A stretch of 64,000 nt of DNA from Chloroflexota bacterium (GTDB taxonomy: Bacteria; Chloroflexota; Limnocylindria; Limnocylindrales; CSP1-4): positions 15,986-79,985 of the forward strand of contig JBJOLT010000018.1 of NCBI GenBank assembly GCA_046045415.1. Direction: 5' to 3'. The notes under the pieces are model-generated. The model was not told the origin of the DNA. It saw only the letters and a list, made by a program, of their open reading frames with translations, and ran no database searches. This document shows positions 34,229 to 45,602 of the stretch, one piece after another. A program made the translations under genes and the position numbers. How positions within the stretch are numbered: position 1 is the first letter of the stretch; each line of letters opens with the position of its first letter.

Positions 34229-36079
34229 TCAGGGGCAGGGCTGGGTCGGCGCGATGAGCGTCAGCCGGAACTCCGTCCCCGCCGGCCTCGCCTCCCCGGG
34301 CGAGGGAAGCTGCGCCTGGACGAGCCAGGTCCCGTCCCACGTCCCGCCGAGCGGGTTCGTGGAGACGACCCCGAGGATGAAGCCGGCCGCGGTCAGCTCC
34401 CCGGTCGCCGCCTCGAGCGTCAGGCAGCGGTAGTCGCCGACGGCGACGAGCGGGGCGGACGGGGAGGGCGACGTCCCGCCGCTCCCGTCACCGGTCGTGC
34501 TCGGCACGGGGCTCGGGGTGGGGCTCGGGGCGGGGCCGAGCGAGACCGTGTAGGCGATCGGCGTCCCCTTCCCGACCTGCGAGCCCGGCGCGACCCCCTG
34601 CTCGACGATCAGGCCGGCGCCGACGACCGGGTCGTAGGCCTCGAGCCGGCTTCCGTTCGTCAGGCCGGCGGCGAAGATCGCGGCGAGCGCGGCCGTCTCG
34701 TTCAGCCCGCGGATCTCGGGCACCGCGACGGTCGCCGTCCCCGTCGCGACCGCCACGCGGATCGTCGCGCCCCGCTCCACGACGCTCTCCGGCGCCGGGA
34801 CCTGCGAGAGCACCGTCCCGATCGGTCGCCCCGGGGCCTCCTCCGGCGTCGCCTCGAGGACGAGTCCGAGCGACTCGATCTCGGTCCGCGCGGCCTCGAG
34901 CTCGAGTCCGACGACGTTCGGCACCGGGACCGCGCCCGTCGGCGTCCCGGAGAGCCCGGTGAGGACGCGAAGGACGACGAACGCGACGAGCGCCAGCACG
35001 GCGAGACCGGCGATCCCCGCGACCCAGCTCCACGGACTCGAACGGCCGCGATCGCCACCGGCGGGCTCCGGGTCGAAGCCGCCGTACGTCATGCCGGCGC
35101 CGTCGTCCCCCGGCTCGCGGATCCCGCCCGGACCGGCGACGCCGGGTCGGGTCCGGACCGGGAGCTCCTCCACCTGCGGCACGTCCGGCGCGGATCCCGG
35201 CGCCCCTCCCGTCCCCGGCGCGGGCGACTCGCCGGGCGCGCCGGACAGCGACGGGCTCGTCGCCGCGAGGAACGCCTCGAGCGCGGTCGCGAGGTCGTTC
35301 GCGGAGGCGAACCGGTCGGCCGGGTCGTGGGCGAGCGCGGTCCTGACGATCCGGTCGAGCTCGGCCGGGACCGCGACGAGGTCGGCCGGGCCGGGGATCG
35401 GCCCGCTGAGGCGTGCGACGGCGACGGCCGCCGCCGTGTCGCCCTCCCACGGTCGTCGCCCGGTGAGCGTCTCGAAGAGGACGATCCCGAGCGAGAAGAG
35501 GTCCGACGCGGGAACGGCCCCGAGGCCGCGGACCTGCTCGGGCGCTAGGTAGTGGACCGAGCCCATCGTCGTCCCCGGGAGCGTCAGCTGGGCGTCGGCG
35601 ACGGCGCGGGCGATCCCGAAGTCGGTGACCTTCACCCGTCCGTCGGTCGCGATCAGGACGTTCGCCGGCTTCACGTCGCGGTGGACGATCCCCCGACCGT
35701 GGGCCGCGGAGAGCGCCCGGGCGACCTCGATCCCGATCCGCGCCGCCTGGCGCGGCCCGAGCGGCCCGTTCCGCTTCAGGAGCGACGCGAGGTCCTCGCC
35801 GGGGACGTACTCCATGACGATGAATGGGCCGGCGGCGTCCTTCCCGATGTCGTGGACGGCGACGACGTTCGGGTGGTTCAGCGAGGCGACCGCCTGCGCC
35901 TCCTGCCGGAACCGCGCGAGGAAGTCGGCGTCGCGGCCGTACTCGGGGCGGAGGACCTTGATCGCGACGTCGCGCCCGAGCTGCGTGTCCAGGCCGCGGT
36001 AGATCGTCGCCATCCCGCCATGGCCGAGGATCGCCGCGACCCGATAGCGTCCTCCGAGGAGGCTCCCGATCTCGACCAC
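34229..36079 (-). CDS. pknB: Ser/Thr protein kinase with C-terminal PASTA repeats (PknB-like)
   Basis: Kinase subdomains (GGMATIYRG, AIKVL, HRDVKPANVL, DFGIA, GSVHYLAPE), a TM segment, and 3 PASTA-like repeats. Confidence 0.9.
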   Translation of the reverse strand: MVEIGSLLGGRYRVAAILGHGGMATIYRGLDTQLGRDVAIKVLRPEYGRDADFLARFRQEAQAVASLNHPNVVAVHDIGKDAAGPFIVMEYVPGEDLASLLKRNGPLGPRQAARIGIEVARALSAAHGRGIVHRDVKPANVLIATDGRVKVTDFGIARAVADAQLTLPGTTMGSVHYLAPEQVRGLGAVPASDLFSLGIVLFETLTGRRPWEGDTAAAVAVARLSGPIPGPADLVAVPAELDRIVRTALAHDPADRFASANDLATALEAFLAATSPSLSGAPGESPAPGTGGAPGSAPDVPQVEELPVRTRPGVAGPGGIREPGDDGAGMTYGGFDPEPAGGDRGRSSPWSWVAGIAGLAVLALVAFVVLRVLTGLSGTPTGAVPVPNVVGLELEAARTEIESLGLVLEATPEEAPGRPIGTVLSQVPAPESVVERGATIRVAVATGTATVAVPEIRGLNETAALAAIFAAGLTNGSRLEAYDPVVGAGLIVEQGVAPGSQVGKGTPIAYTVSLGPAPSPTPSPVPSTTGDGSGGTSPSPSAPLVAVGDYRCLTLEAATGELTAAGFILGVVSTNPLGGTWDGTWLVQAQLPSPGEARPAGTEFRLTLIAPTQPCP

Positions 36080-36088
36080 GACGGCGCG

Positions 36089-36973
36089 TCAGAGCTCGAG
36101 CGTGCGGAGGTAGTCGCGGAACTCGGTCGCGAGGTCCGGTCGCGTGAGCGCGAGCTCGACCGACGCGCGGAGCCAGCCCATCGTCGTTCCGGCGTCGTGG
36201 CGGATCCCCTCGAACTCGTAGGCGAAGACGGCCTGCTCCTGCATGAGGGCCTGGATCGCGTCCGTCAGCTGGATCTCGCCGCCGGCGCCGCGCTGCGTCT
36301 GCTCGAGCTTGTCGAAGATCTTCGGCGTCAGGACGTACCGGCCGATCACCGCGAGATCGGACGGCGCCTCGCCCGCCGGCGGCTTCTCGACGACGCGGGC
36401 GACCTTCCGAAGCCGGACGTCGGACGCCGCCGGCGCCGACTCGTCGACGCCGATCACCCCGTAGCGGCGCGTCTCCTCCTCGGGGACCCGCATGACGGCG
36501 ACGACCGACGAATGCGTCTCGTGGTACGCGTGGATGAGCTGTCCGATGCACGGCCGGTCCGCGACGACGACGTCGTCCGAGAGGATCACCGCGAACGGCT
36601 CGTGGCCGACGAGCTCCTTCGCCATGAGGACCGCGTGGCCGAGGCCGAGCTGCTCCTTCTGGCGGACGTACGCGACCTGGGCGAGGTCGCTGATCCGGCG
36701 GATCTGGCGGAGCATCTCGATGTCGCCCCGCTCCTCGAGCAGGCGCTCGAGCTCGTACGACATGTCGAAGTGGTCCTCGATCGCCCGCTTCTGGCTGCTC
36801 GTGACGATGATCACCTGCTCGATCCCGGCGGCGACCGCCTCCTCGACGGCGTACTGGATCACCGGCTTGTCGACGAGCGGGAGCATCTCCTTCGGCTGGG
36901 CCTTGGTCGCCGGGAGGAACCGGGTCCCCCAGCCGGCCGCGGGGAGGACCGCCTTGCGGACGCGCACACGCAC
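36089..36973 (-). CDS. galU: UTP--glucose-1-phosphate uridylyltransferase
   Basis: KAVLPAAGWGTRFLPATKAQPKEMLPLVDKPVIQY N-terminus and a GalU-specific C-terminus. GTG start near 36967-36973. Trimmed from 967-aa tracked ORF. Confidence 0.88.
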   Translation of the reverse strand: MRVRVRKAVLPAAGWGTRFLPATKAQPKEMLPLVDKPVIQYAVEEAVAAGIEQVIIVTSSQKRAIEDHFDMSYELERLLEERGDIEMLRQIRRISDLAQVAYVRQKEQLGLGHAVLMAKELVGHEPFAVILSDDVVVADRPCIGQLIHAYHETHSSVVAVMRVPEEETRRYGVIGVDESAPAASDVRLRKVARVVEKPPAGEAPSDLAVIGRYVLTPKIFDKLEQTQRGAGGEIQLTDAIQALMQEQAVFAYEFEGIRHDAGTTMGWLRASVELALTRPDLATEFRDYLRTLEL

Positions 36974-37032
36974 CTCGGGATCGTTCGGGACGGGTGACGG
37001 CGAGTATACCGCCGGCCGTTCCCCGCTCCCGC

Positions 37033-38022
37033 TCAGCCGACCGGGGGGAGCGGCTCCTGTCCGACCGCGTCCCGGCGGACGCCCGTCCCGGGATGGTTGC
37101 TCCGCACCGGGATCCGCTGGACGACGACCGCCGCCGCGATGACGAGCGCGCCCCCGGCGAGGCCGACCCCGGTGAGCCGCTCGCCGAGGATGACCGCGGC
37201 AAGGACGATCGCGACGACCGGGTCGAAGAGCGAGAGGATCCCGCCGAGGAGCGGCCCGATCAGGCGGATCCCGACGACGAAGAGGAAGGTCGAGAGCGCC
37301 GCCGTCACGAGGCCGAGGTAGGCGACGAGCGCGAACGCGTCCGGCGAGCGGAACGGGATGAGGAGCGCCTCGAGCTGGCCGGTGAGCGCGGAGCTCGTCC
37401 AGAAGACGACCGCCATCCCGCCGAGGATCCCCGCCGTCGCGTGCGCGCTCGGGATCGAGCGGAAGCCGCTCCGGGTGACGAGGGAGAGCCCGGTCTGAGC
37501 GACCGCCGCGCCGAGCGCGAGCGCGAGGCCGAGCACGTCGACCCGGAGGCCGGTCGCTGGGTCGATCCCGCCGAGGACGACGAGCGCGGTCCCGGCGACC
37601 GCGAGGGCGAGGGCCGCGAGCCGGACCCGGTCGAGCGGCTCGCCGAGGAAGAGCGCGCCGACGACGCCGATGATCACCGGGTACGTGTAGAAGGCGAGGA
37701 GGACGAGGGCGACCGGCATCAGCTCCAGCCCCCCGAAGATCCCGACGTTCACGAGCGCGCCGAGGAGCGCCGCGGCGCCGAGCATCGCGACCTCGCGCCT
37801 GCCGACCCCCGTCGGGACGATCGCCCGTCCGCCCGCGATCCCGGTCGCGACGATGATCGTCCCGAGCCCGAGCGTCCCGAGTGCCGCCCGCCAGCCTGCG
37901 AGGGTCGTCGGCGTCAGGCCCGCGTCGTACGCGAAGCGCGTGACGACCCCGAGAGTGCCGAAGGCGACCGCCGCCCCGATGATCGCGAGGCTCCCGAGGA
38001 GGAGGGTCCGCTCGTCGCGCAT
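37033..38022 (-). CDS. EamA/DMT-superfamily transporter
   Basis: 10-TM protein with duplicated EamA-like halves. Confidence 0.8.
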   Translation of the reverse strand: MRDERTLLLGSLAIIGAAVAFGTLGVVTRFAYDAGLTPTTLAGWRAALGTLGLGTIIVATGIAGGRAIVPTGVGRREVAMLGAAALLGALVNVGIFGGLELMPVALVLLAFYTYPVIIGVVGALFLGEPLDRVRLAALALAVAGTALVVLGGIDPATGLRVDVLGLALALGAAVAQTGLSLVTRSGFRSIPSAHATAGILGGMAVVFWTSSALTGQLEALLIPFRSPDAFALVAYLGLVTAALSTFLFVVGIRLIGPLLGGILSLFDPVVAIVLAAVILGERLTGVGLAGGALVIAAAVVVQRIPVRSNHPGTGVRRDAVGQEPLPPVG

Positions 38023-38043
38023 CGGGCGATCGTAGCGGTCGGA

Positions 38044-39066
38044 TCAGGCCGCGGTCGGGTCCGCCGGTCGATGCGCCGGGCCCGGCTCCGGCCTGCCGGT
38101 CCCGGTCGCGAGGACGAAGCCGAGGAAGAGGAGGCCGATCCCCGCGACGAGCCCCGCCGCGTGGAAGGCCGGCTCCCCGAGGCGCGACATCGCGGTGTCG
38201 GCGAGCGCCGGGACGAGCCCGCCGAACGCGATGAGGATCGTCGCCGGGACGCGCCGGTTCAGCTCCCCGGCGAGGAGCGCGCGGAGGGCTCCCGGGAGCG
38301 ACGCGACGAGGTTCACCGCGAGCGCGACCGGCGCGATGAGCAGGTTGAAGAGGAACTGGTCGCCGGTCTGCGTCGGGTCGAGCGAGTACGGGAGGACGCG
38401 CCGCTTCGGCATGAACTCGTACGCCGAGAAGGTGGCGCCGAGGACGAGCGTCACCGCACCGACCACGTTCGTGAACGGGACGAGGAGGCGGAGCGGGGTC
38501 GGGAAGCCCGACGCGTCGGGCAGGCCGGTCGCGCCGTCGACGAGCGACCCCGTCGCGGCCGGGGCGGTCGCAGCGAGGGCGATCGCGAGGACCGTCGCCC
38601 CGCCGATCGCGACGAGGCCGACGCGCGGCCAACGGCTCCCCGCGAAGTAGGTCTCCGTCGCGACGACGAGCGCGAGCGCGATCGCGGTGAGGCCGTACGC
38701 GAGGTGGAGCGCACCCGCGTCCTCGAACCGCCGCCCGGTCGCGATCGTCACGATCCCGCCGAGCGCGAGCGCGAACGCGAACGAGTACCCGAAGCGGGTC
38801 CGGGCGAGGAGGAAGGCGGTCCCGAGGCCGAGCCAGCCCGCCGTCGCGACCGCGCCGCTCACGTACCAGATGCGGGCGAGCGGCGGGCTCCAGTCGCCGG
38901 CCGCTGCGAGCGCCTCCACTGCCGCCCCGAGCGCGAATGCCGCGACCCCGATCGCCCAGACGAGCTGGAAGTCGCGTCGCCGCCCGCGCCACTGGACGAG
39001 GAGCGCGACGGTGAAGGCGGCGCCGAGGACGGCCGCGAGCGCGGGGAGGAGCACGCCCTGCTGCAC
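38044..39066 (-). CDS. Hypothetical polytopic membrane protein
   Basis: 340 aa with about 10 hydrophobic helices. No recognised motifs. Confidence 0.55.
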   Translation of the reverse strand: MQQGVLLPALAAVLGAAFTVALLVQWRGRRRDFQLVWAIGVAAFALGAAVEALAAAGDWSPPLARIWYVSGAVATAGWLGLGTAFLLARTRFGYSFAFALALGGIVTIATGRRFEDAGALHLAYGLTAIALALVVATETYFAGSRWPRVGLVAIGGATVLAIALAATAPAATGSLVDGATGLPDASGFPTPLRLLVPFTNVVGAVTLVLGATFSAYEFMPKRRVLPYSLDPTQTGDQFLFNLLIAPVALAVNLVASLPGALRALLAGELNRRVPATILIAFGGLVPALADTAMSRLGEPAFHAAGLVAGIGLLFLGFVLATGTGRPEPGPAHRPADPTAA

Positions 39067-39088
39067 GGATGCGCGCGGCCCCGCCGGC

Positions 39089-39532
39089 TCAGCGGACGGT
39101 GACCGTCACCTCGTACGTCCAGACGCCCTTCTCGCCGCCCTCCCACGGGCGGCTGTAGGCGACCGTCACGGTCGACGTCCCCGCGGCGAGCGCCTCGAGG
39201 ACGATCTCCTGGCTCCCCGCGGCGCCGACGACCGGCTCGTCCGAGGTCGGCTCGACGTACGTCGAGCCGGTGACGGCGACGACGGCCGGATCGCCGACGA
39301 TCGGCTCCTCCCAGAGGAAGCCGGTCGTCTGGTTCGAGCAGAGGACGATCGTCAGCTCGCCGCCGACCGCGAGCTCCGCAGTCGCGGCGACGTTCGGGGT
39401 CGCGGCGAAGTCGTCGCACGTCGCCTCGAGCGTCGCCGGAGCGGTGCCTCCGCCCGAGCAGGCGGCGACGAGCGCGGCGACGGCGATCGTCGCGACGGCG
39501 ATCGGGGAGGCTCGGTTGATCCGCGTGCGCAT
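39089..39532 (-). CDS. Chagasin-family (I42) cysteine-peptidase inhibitor-like lipoprotein
   Basis: Lipobox LVAACSGG. SNQTTGFLWEE matches the chagasin NxTTGxxW loop; beta-rich, 147 aa. Confidence 0.6.
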   Translation of the reverse strand: MRTRINRASPIAVATIAVAALVAACSGGGTAPATLEATCDDFAATPNVAATAELAVGGELTIVLCSNQTTGFLWEEPIVGDPAVVAVTGSTYVEPTSDEPVVGAAGSQEIVLEALAAGTSTVTVAYSRPWEGGEKGVWTYEVTVTVR

Positions 39533-39623
39533 CTCGGCTCCTTCGGGACGCTCATCCGGTTCGTGACGGGCACCCGTAGGACGCCCCGCGGGCCGCGCCG
39601 GTTCCCCGGCCCGGCGCCCGTCG

Positions 39624-39980
39624 TCAGGCGGGGACGAACTCGTGGTCGTCGCGATGGATGCCGTCGCAGAGACCGATCCGCGCCGCCCCGCCGACCGGGA
39701 CGAGGACCGGCCGCATGATCTCGCGCATGCTCGAGCGGCGGCAGAGGAGGTGGCCCCGCTTCGCCATCCAGGCGCGGACGTGGGCCGGGTCCGAGTGGAA
39801 CTCGAACGGACCCGGGTTGATCGCGGCGTGGTCGGTCCACGACGCGGCCTTCTCCGGCGCGACGATGTCGAGGAGGTTGATCCGCCACGGGGTCCCCTCG
39901 ATCGGCTCGAGGCATCCCTCGCAGCGGGCTGCGACGTTGTCGGCGACGATCGTCCGGATCGTCACGCCCTGGATCTCCAT
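39624..39980 (-). CDS. Hypothetical protein
   Basis: Tracked ORF 39624..40064 trimmed to the internal ATG at 39980 because its 5' end overlaps tRNA-Glu. The sequence is protein-like (…SWTDHAAINPGPFEFHSDPAHVRAWMAKRGHLLC…). No family recognised. Confidence 0.4.
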   Translation of the reverse strand: MEIQGVTIRTIVADNVAARCEGCLEPIEGTPWRINLLDIVAPEKAASWTDHAAINPGPFEFHSDPAHVRAWMAKRGHLLCRRSSMREIMRPVLVPVGGAARIGLCDGIHRDDHEFVPA

Positions 39981-40027
39981 CGATCCGATCGTAGCAGGTC
40001 GCCCCGCGCGGGCGACTGCCGGAGGCG

Positions 40028-40104
40028 TGGTACCCCCAACCGGATTCGAACCGGTGATCTCCACCTTGAAAGGGTGGCGTCCTAGGCCGCTAGACGATGG
40101 GGGC
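40028..40104 (-). tRNA. tRNA-Glu(TTC): tRNA-Glu (anticodon TTC)
   Basis: Minus-strand gcccccatcgtctagcggcctaggacgccaccctTTCaaggtggag...ggttcgaatccggttgggggtacca folds as a canonical cloverleaf with a tRNA-Glu-like D-loop and encoded CCA. Confidence 0.9.
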
Positions 40105-40157
40105 AGGCCGCGAGTCTAGCCGACGCGCCGGGCATTCCCCTCGTGCGCCGGGTCCCC

Positions 40158-40544
40158 TCACCCGGCGCCGAGGAGGAGCGAGAGGACGATCGCGAGACCG
40201 AAGCTCCCGGCGGCGACGACGAGCGCGAGCCCGCCGAGGAGCGCCGCGGCGAAGGCGCGCCCGCCCTCGCCGGCGCGGGCCGCCCGGAGCGTCGCCGAGA
40301 GCCCCGCGATCGCGAGGGCGCTGAAGACGAGCCCGTAGACGGCGAGCCCGGCGGCGAGCGTCGGGATCTGCGTCGCGTCGCGGGCGACGAGCCCCCAGAC
40401 GACGAAGAGCGTCGACCCGCCGAGCGCGACCGCGAGGAGCGTCCGGCCGGGGCCGGCGAGCGGCGACCGCCTCCCGCCCCGTCGCGTCGCCGACCGGCGC
40501 GGCGTCCGCGTGGCGAGGGGGCGACCGGAGCGGGACGGGGGCAT
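40158..40544 (-). CDS. Possible small membrane protein (3 TM), weak call
   Basis: ORF with three hydrophobic helices after an Arg-rich N-terminus. No RBS assessed; could be spurious in this GC-rich background. Confidence 0.3.
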   Translation of the reverse strand: MPPSRSGRPLATRTPRRSATRRGGRRSPLAGPGRTLLAVALGGSTLFVVWGLVARDATQIPTLAAGLAVYGLVFSALAIAGLSATLRAARAGEGGRAFAAALLGGLALVVAAGSFGLAIVLSLLLGAG

Positions 40545-40553
40545 GGCCGGAGT

Positions 40554-41192
40554 CTAGGCGCCGCGTCCGGCGGCCGTCCGGTGGTAGGCGGCGACCTTCC
40601 AGTGGATCCCGGGGCCGCGGACCTCGCCGGAGCCGGGGACCGCGCCGGAGCCGATCTCCCCGGCGAGGAGCGCGGCGAGCGCCGACGGCCCGGCGACCGC
40701 GATCCGCGCGTGGAGGACGCGGAGCTTCCAGCCGCCGCGGAGGTACGGTCCGCCGTGGCGGCTCCAGCTCGCGATCTCCGGCCGGTCCGTGCCGAGGAGC
40801 GGCGCGACCTCGTCCCTCCCGTAGTCGTGGAGGACCACGATCCGGCCTCCCGGGCGGAGGAGTCGCTCGCACGCCGCCAGCTCCGGTGCCTCGGTCCCCC
40901 GGAGGACGCCCCACCCGCCGACGACCGCGTCGAATACGCCGGCCGGGAGCGCCCCGCCGACCGGGTCGTCCGCCCCCGCCGTCGCCGTCACGCCGAGACG
41001 CTCGAGCCGCGGGACGAGCCACCGCGCCCCGCCGAGGATGACGGCCGGACTCCCGGCCGAACTCCCGCCGAGCCCGGCGAGCCGGACGATGCCGCGCGCG
41101 AGGCGATCCTCCGGATCGAGTGCGAGGGACAGCTCGTCGGCGCGTGCCGGGTCACGGAGCGCGAACGGCAGGTCGCCCGGCCGGCAGGACAT
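40554..41192 (-). CDS. Methyltransferase-domain protein (class I SAM-MTase-like)
   Basis: 212 aa from ATG 41192, with Rossmann-like VILGGARW...GGRIVVLHDYGRDE blocks. Trimmed from the 1130-aa tracked ORF. Confidence 0.55.
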   Translation of the reverse strand: MSCRPGDLPFALRDPARADELSLALDPEDRLARGIVRLAGLGGSSAGSPAVILGGARWLVPRLERLGVTATAGADDPVGGALPAGVFDAVVGGWGVLRGTEAPELAACERLLRPGGRIVVLHDYGRDEVAPLLGTDRPEIASWSRHGGPYLRGGWKLRVLHARIAVAGPSALAALLAGEIGSGAVPGSGEVRGPGIHWKVAAYHRTAAGRGA

Positions 41193-41212
41193 CCCCGCCC
41201 CGCCCGGCGCCG

Positions 41213-42751
<1,539 letters not shown>

Positions 42752-42827
42752 CGGTACCTCGCGTGACCCCCGCCGCGAGTGTAGGGCCGGAGCCGGCGGG
42801 CCGCCGCGGCGGGGCTAGACTCGGCCG

Positions 42828-44594
42828 GTGACCCGCCACCGCTCGCGACCCGTCCCGACTCCCCGGCGATCGCTCGCCCTCGTCGTCCTCGCCCTCGTCG
42901 TCCTCGCGCCCGTCGTCGCGGGATGCGCACCCGGGGGCGCCACGCCCGCCCCGACGCCCCCGCCGAGCGTCCCGGCCGCCGCCTCGCCCACCGCCCCCTC
43001 GATCGCGTGCGAGCCGGCGACGACGCCGGCCGCCGACGACTGGAACGAGCGCGTCTGGTACGAGGTCTTCGTCCGCAGCTACGCCGACTCCGACGGCGAC
43101 GGGATCGGCGACCTCCGCGGCCTGACCGCGCGGCTCGACCACCTGAACGACGGCGATCCCGCGACGACCGACGACCTCGGTGTCGGCGGGCTCTGGCTCA
43201 TGCCGATCGCCGAGTCGGTCAGCTACCACGGCTACGACGTCACCGACTACCGGGCGGTCGAGCCGGACTACGGGACGCTCGAGGACCTCCGGGCGCTCCT
43301 CGACGCCGCGCACGCGCGGGGGATGCGCGTGATCGTCGACTTCGTCCCGAACCACAGTTCGAGCGAGCACCCGTGGTTCCGCGAGGCGCTCGTCCCCGGC
43401 TCGCCCCGCGACCCGTGGTACGTCTGGTCCGACGAGTTCCCGGGCTGGGGCGGCCCCGGCGGCGAGGTCGTCTGGCGGGAGGGCGGCGACCGCTGGTACT
43501 ACGCCTACTTCTCCGAGTCGATGCCGGAGCTCGACCTGACCGACCCGGAGGTCACCGCGGAGTTCCGCGAGATCGCCCGCTACTGGGTCGAGGAGGTGGG
43601 CGTCGACGGCTTCCGCATCGACGCGGCGAAGCACCTGATCGCGACGGGCAAGGATGCGCAGGTGAACACCCCCGAGACGCTCGCGTGGCTCGCGGGCCTC
43701 CGCGAGTCCCTCGGCGGCACGCTCCCGGACGGCGGCGACCCGCTCCTCGTCGGCGAGGTCTGGGACCTCGCGGTCGTCGCCGGGGCGTACGTCCCCGACT
43801 CGCTCGACCTGACCTTCGACTTCGGCCTCGCGACCGGCGTCAGGCTCGGGCTGGAGAACGGCCGGGCCGGGCCGCTCCGGACCGCGCTCCTCGACACCGT
43901 CCGCTGGTGGCCGCCGAATCGGAACGCCACCTTCCTCTCGAACCACGACCAGGACCGGATCGCGAGCTCGCTCCGCGGCGACGGCGACGCGCTCCGCCTC
44001 GGCGCCTTCCTCCTGATGACGCTCCCCGGCGTGCCCTTCCTCTACTACGGCGAGGAGATCGGGCTGACGGGCCGCAAGCCGGACGAGCGGATCCGGACGC
44101 CGCTCCAGTGGAGCGAGGAGCGGCCGGGCGCCGGCTTCACCTCGGGGACGCCGTGGGAGCCGCTCGCCGAGATGCCGGCGGGGACGAGCGTCGCCGCACA
44201 GCGGGCGGACCCGACGAGCCTCCTCGCCGCGTACCGGACGCTCATCGCGGCCAGGGCGGCGGAGGCACCGCTCCGGACCGGCGGGACGGCCGTCCTCGAG
44301 ACCGGGAGCGAGTCGGTGGCGGCGTGGCTCCGGACGACCGCCGGGCGGACGCTCCTCGTCGTCGCGAACCTCGGGGAGGAGCCGGTCGGCGACTACGCGC
44401 TCCGGCTCGACGCGGGGCCCGTCTGCGGCCCCGTCGTCCCGTCGCTCGTCACCTCGGTCGGCGCCGTGGCCGGGACCGCCGGCCTCGCGGCCCCGTCGCT
44501 CACCGCCTCCGGGGGACTCGACGGCTATCGGCCCCTCCCCGTCCTCCCCCCGCGGAGCGGCCTCGTCATCGCGCTGGAGCCGGCGGCTCCCTGA
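42828..44594 (+). CDS. Secreted GH13 alpha-glucosidase/alpha-amylase-family lipoprotein
   Basis: Lipobox VVAGCAP, GH13 regions (DFVPNH, GFRIDAAKH, EVW, FLSNHDQ), 588 aa. Confidence 0.88.
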   Translation: MTRHRSRPVPTPRRSLALVVLALVVLAPVVAGCAPGGATPAPTPPPSVPAAASPTAPSIACEPATTPAADDWNERVWYEVFVRSYADSDGDGIGDLRGLTARLDHLNDGDPATTDDLGVGGLWLMPIAESVSYHGYDVTDYRAVEPDYGTLEDLRALLDAAHARGMRVIVDFVPNHSSSEHPWFREALVPGSPRDPWYVWSDEFPGWGGPGGEVVWREGGDRWYYAYFSESMPELDLTDPEVTAEFREIARYWVEEVGVDGFRIDAAKHLIATGKDAQVNTPETLAWLAGLRESLGGTLPDGGDPLLVGEVWDLAVVAGAYVPDSLDLTFDFGLATGVRLGLENGRAGPLRTALLDTVRWWPPNRNATFLSNHDQDRIASSLRGDGDALRLGAFLLMTLPGVPFLYYGEEIGLTGRKPDERIRTPLQWSEERPGAGFTSGTPWEPLAEMPAGTSVAAQRADPTSLLAAYRTLIAARAAEAPLRTGGTAVLETGSESVAAWLRTTAGRTLLVVANLGEEPVGDYALRLDAGPVCGPVVPSLVTSVGAVAGTAGLAAPSLTASGGLDGYRPLPVLPPRSGLVIALEPAAP

Positions 44595-44639
44595 GCCGGG
44601 GCGGGCGGGCAGCCGCTCGTCGGCGACACCCCGCGGGCG

Positions 44640-45593
44640 TCAGCCCTTCACGGCCCCGATCGCGAGACCGGACGTGATGTAGCGCTGCGCGAAGAAGTAG
44701 ACGATCGCGGGCGGGACCGCGAAGAGGATCGCGAAGGCGGAGAAGATCGACCACGGGGTCGTCGTGAACTGGCCCTGCATCGCGTAGAGCGCCATCGCGA
44801 GCGTCTGGTCCGACGCCTTGTTGAGGAACATCCACGAGAAGTAGAACTCGGTCCAGCCGCTGACGAAGCCGAGGAACGCGGTGACCGCGAGGGCCGGCAG
44901 CGCGAGCGGGAGGACGATGAGCCGGAACGTCTGGTTCGTCGAGGCGCCGTCCACCCAGGCCGCCTCCTCGAGGTCGCGCGGGATCGTGTCGAGGTAGCCC
45001 TTCAGGTTCCAGATCGCGAACGGCAGGAGCCCGGAGATGATCGCGAAGCCGACCCCGAGGAGCGAGTTCCGGAGGTTGAACTCGCCGATGACGGGGAGCG
45101 TCAGCTGGACCTGGTTGAGGAGGACGAAGAGCGGCGTGAGCGTCGCGACCGCCGGGAGCATGAGCACCCCGAGGATGACGAGCATCAGCACCTCCCGGCC
45201 GCGGAACCGGAGCCGGGAGAAGGCGTAGGCGGCGAGGACGCCGATGAGGACGCTGAGGACCGACGAGCCGACGGAGATCTTCAGGCTGTTGATCGCGAGA
45301 TCGACGAAGCCGATCGGATTGTTCGTCGGCTGGCGGATCACCTGCTCGTACGCGTCGAACGTCGCGCCCGACGGGATGATGTTCAGCCCCTCGGGTCGGG
45401 AGCGGTTCAGCGGGTCGAGCGAGAGGCTGAAGACCCAGATCACCGGGAAGATCACCGTCAGGAGGACCCCGACGGCGATCGCCTGGAGCAGCGCCTGACG
45501 GACGAGGCTCGGCCGGCCACGGCGGCTCCGGAAGAAGGAGATCCCCTCGCGCGACGGCGCGGCGGCGGGACGGGTCGTCGAGAGCGTCGTCAT
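44640..45593 (-). CDS. Carbohydrate ABC transporter permease (MalG-like)
   Basis: 6 TM, EAA loop (EAAWVDGAS...FRLIVLP). Confidence 0.9.
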   Translation of the reverse strand: MTTLSTTRPAAAPSREGISFFRSRRGRPSLVRQALLQAIAVGVLLTVIFPVIWVFSLSLDPLNRSRPEGLNIIPSGATFDAYEQVIRQPTNNPIGFVDLAINSLKISVGSSVLSVLIGVLAAYAFSRLRFRGREVLMLVILGVLMLPAVATLTPLFVLLNQVQLTLPVIGEFNLRNSLLGVGFAIISGLLPFAIWNLKGYLDTIPRDLEEAAWVDGASTNQTFRLIVLPLALPALAVTAFLGFVSGWTEFYFSWMFLNKASDQTLAMALYAMQGQFTTTPWSIFSAFAILFAVPPAIVYFFAQRYITSGLAIGAVKG

Positions 45594-45602
45594 CGCCGCC
45601 TC

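Noticed and set aside
36089-38992. 967-aa minus-strand ORF and 1130-aa ORF 40554..43946
   Set aside because: Real genes (galU; MTase-like) occupy only their 3' ends. Upstream portions overlap the EamA transporter and GH13 genes in other frames and are low-complexity.
42880-42930. Direct repeat ctcgccctcgtcgtc x2
   Set aside because: Lies inside the signal peptide coding region (LALVVLALVVLAPVV) of the GH13 lipoprotein; a codon-level repeat, not a mobile or CRISPR element.
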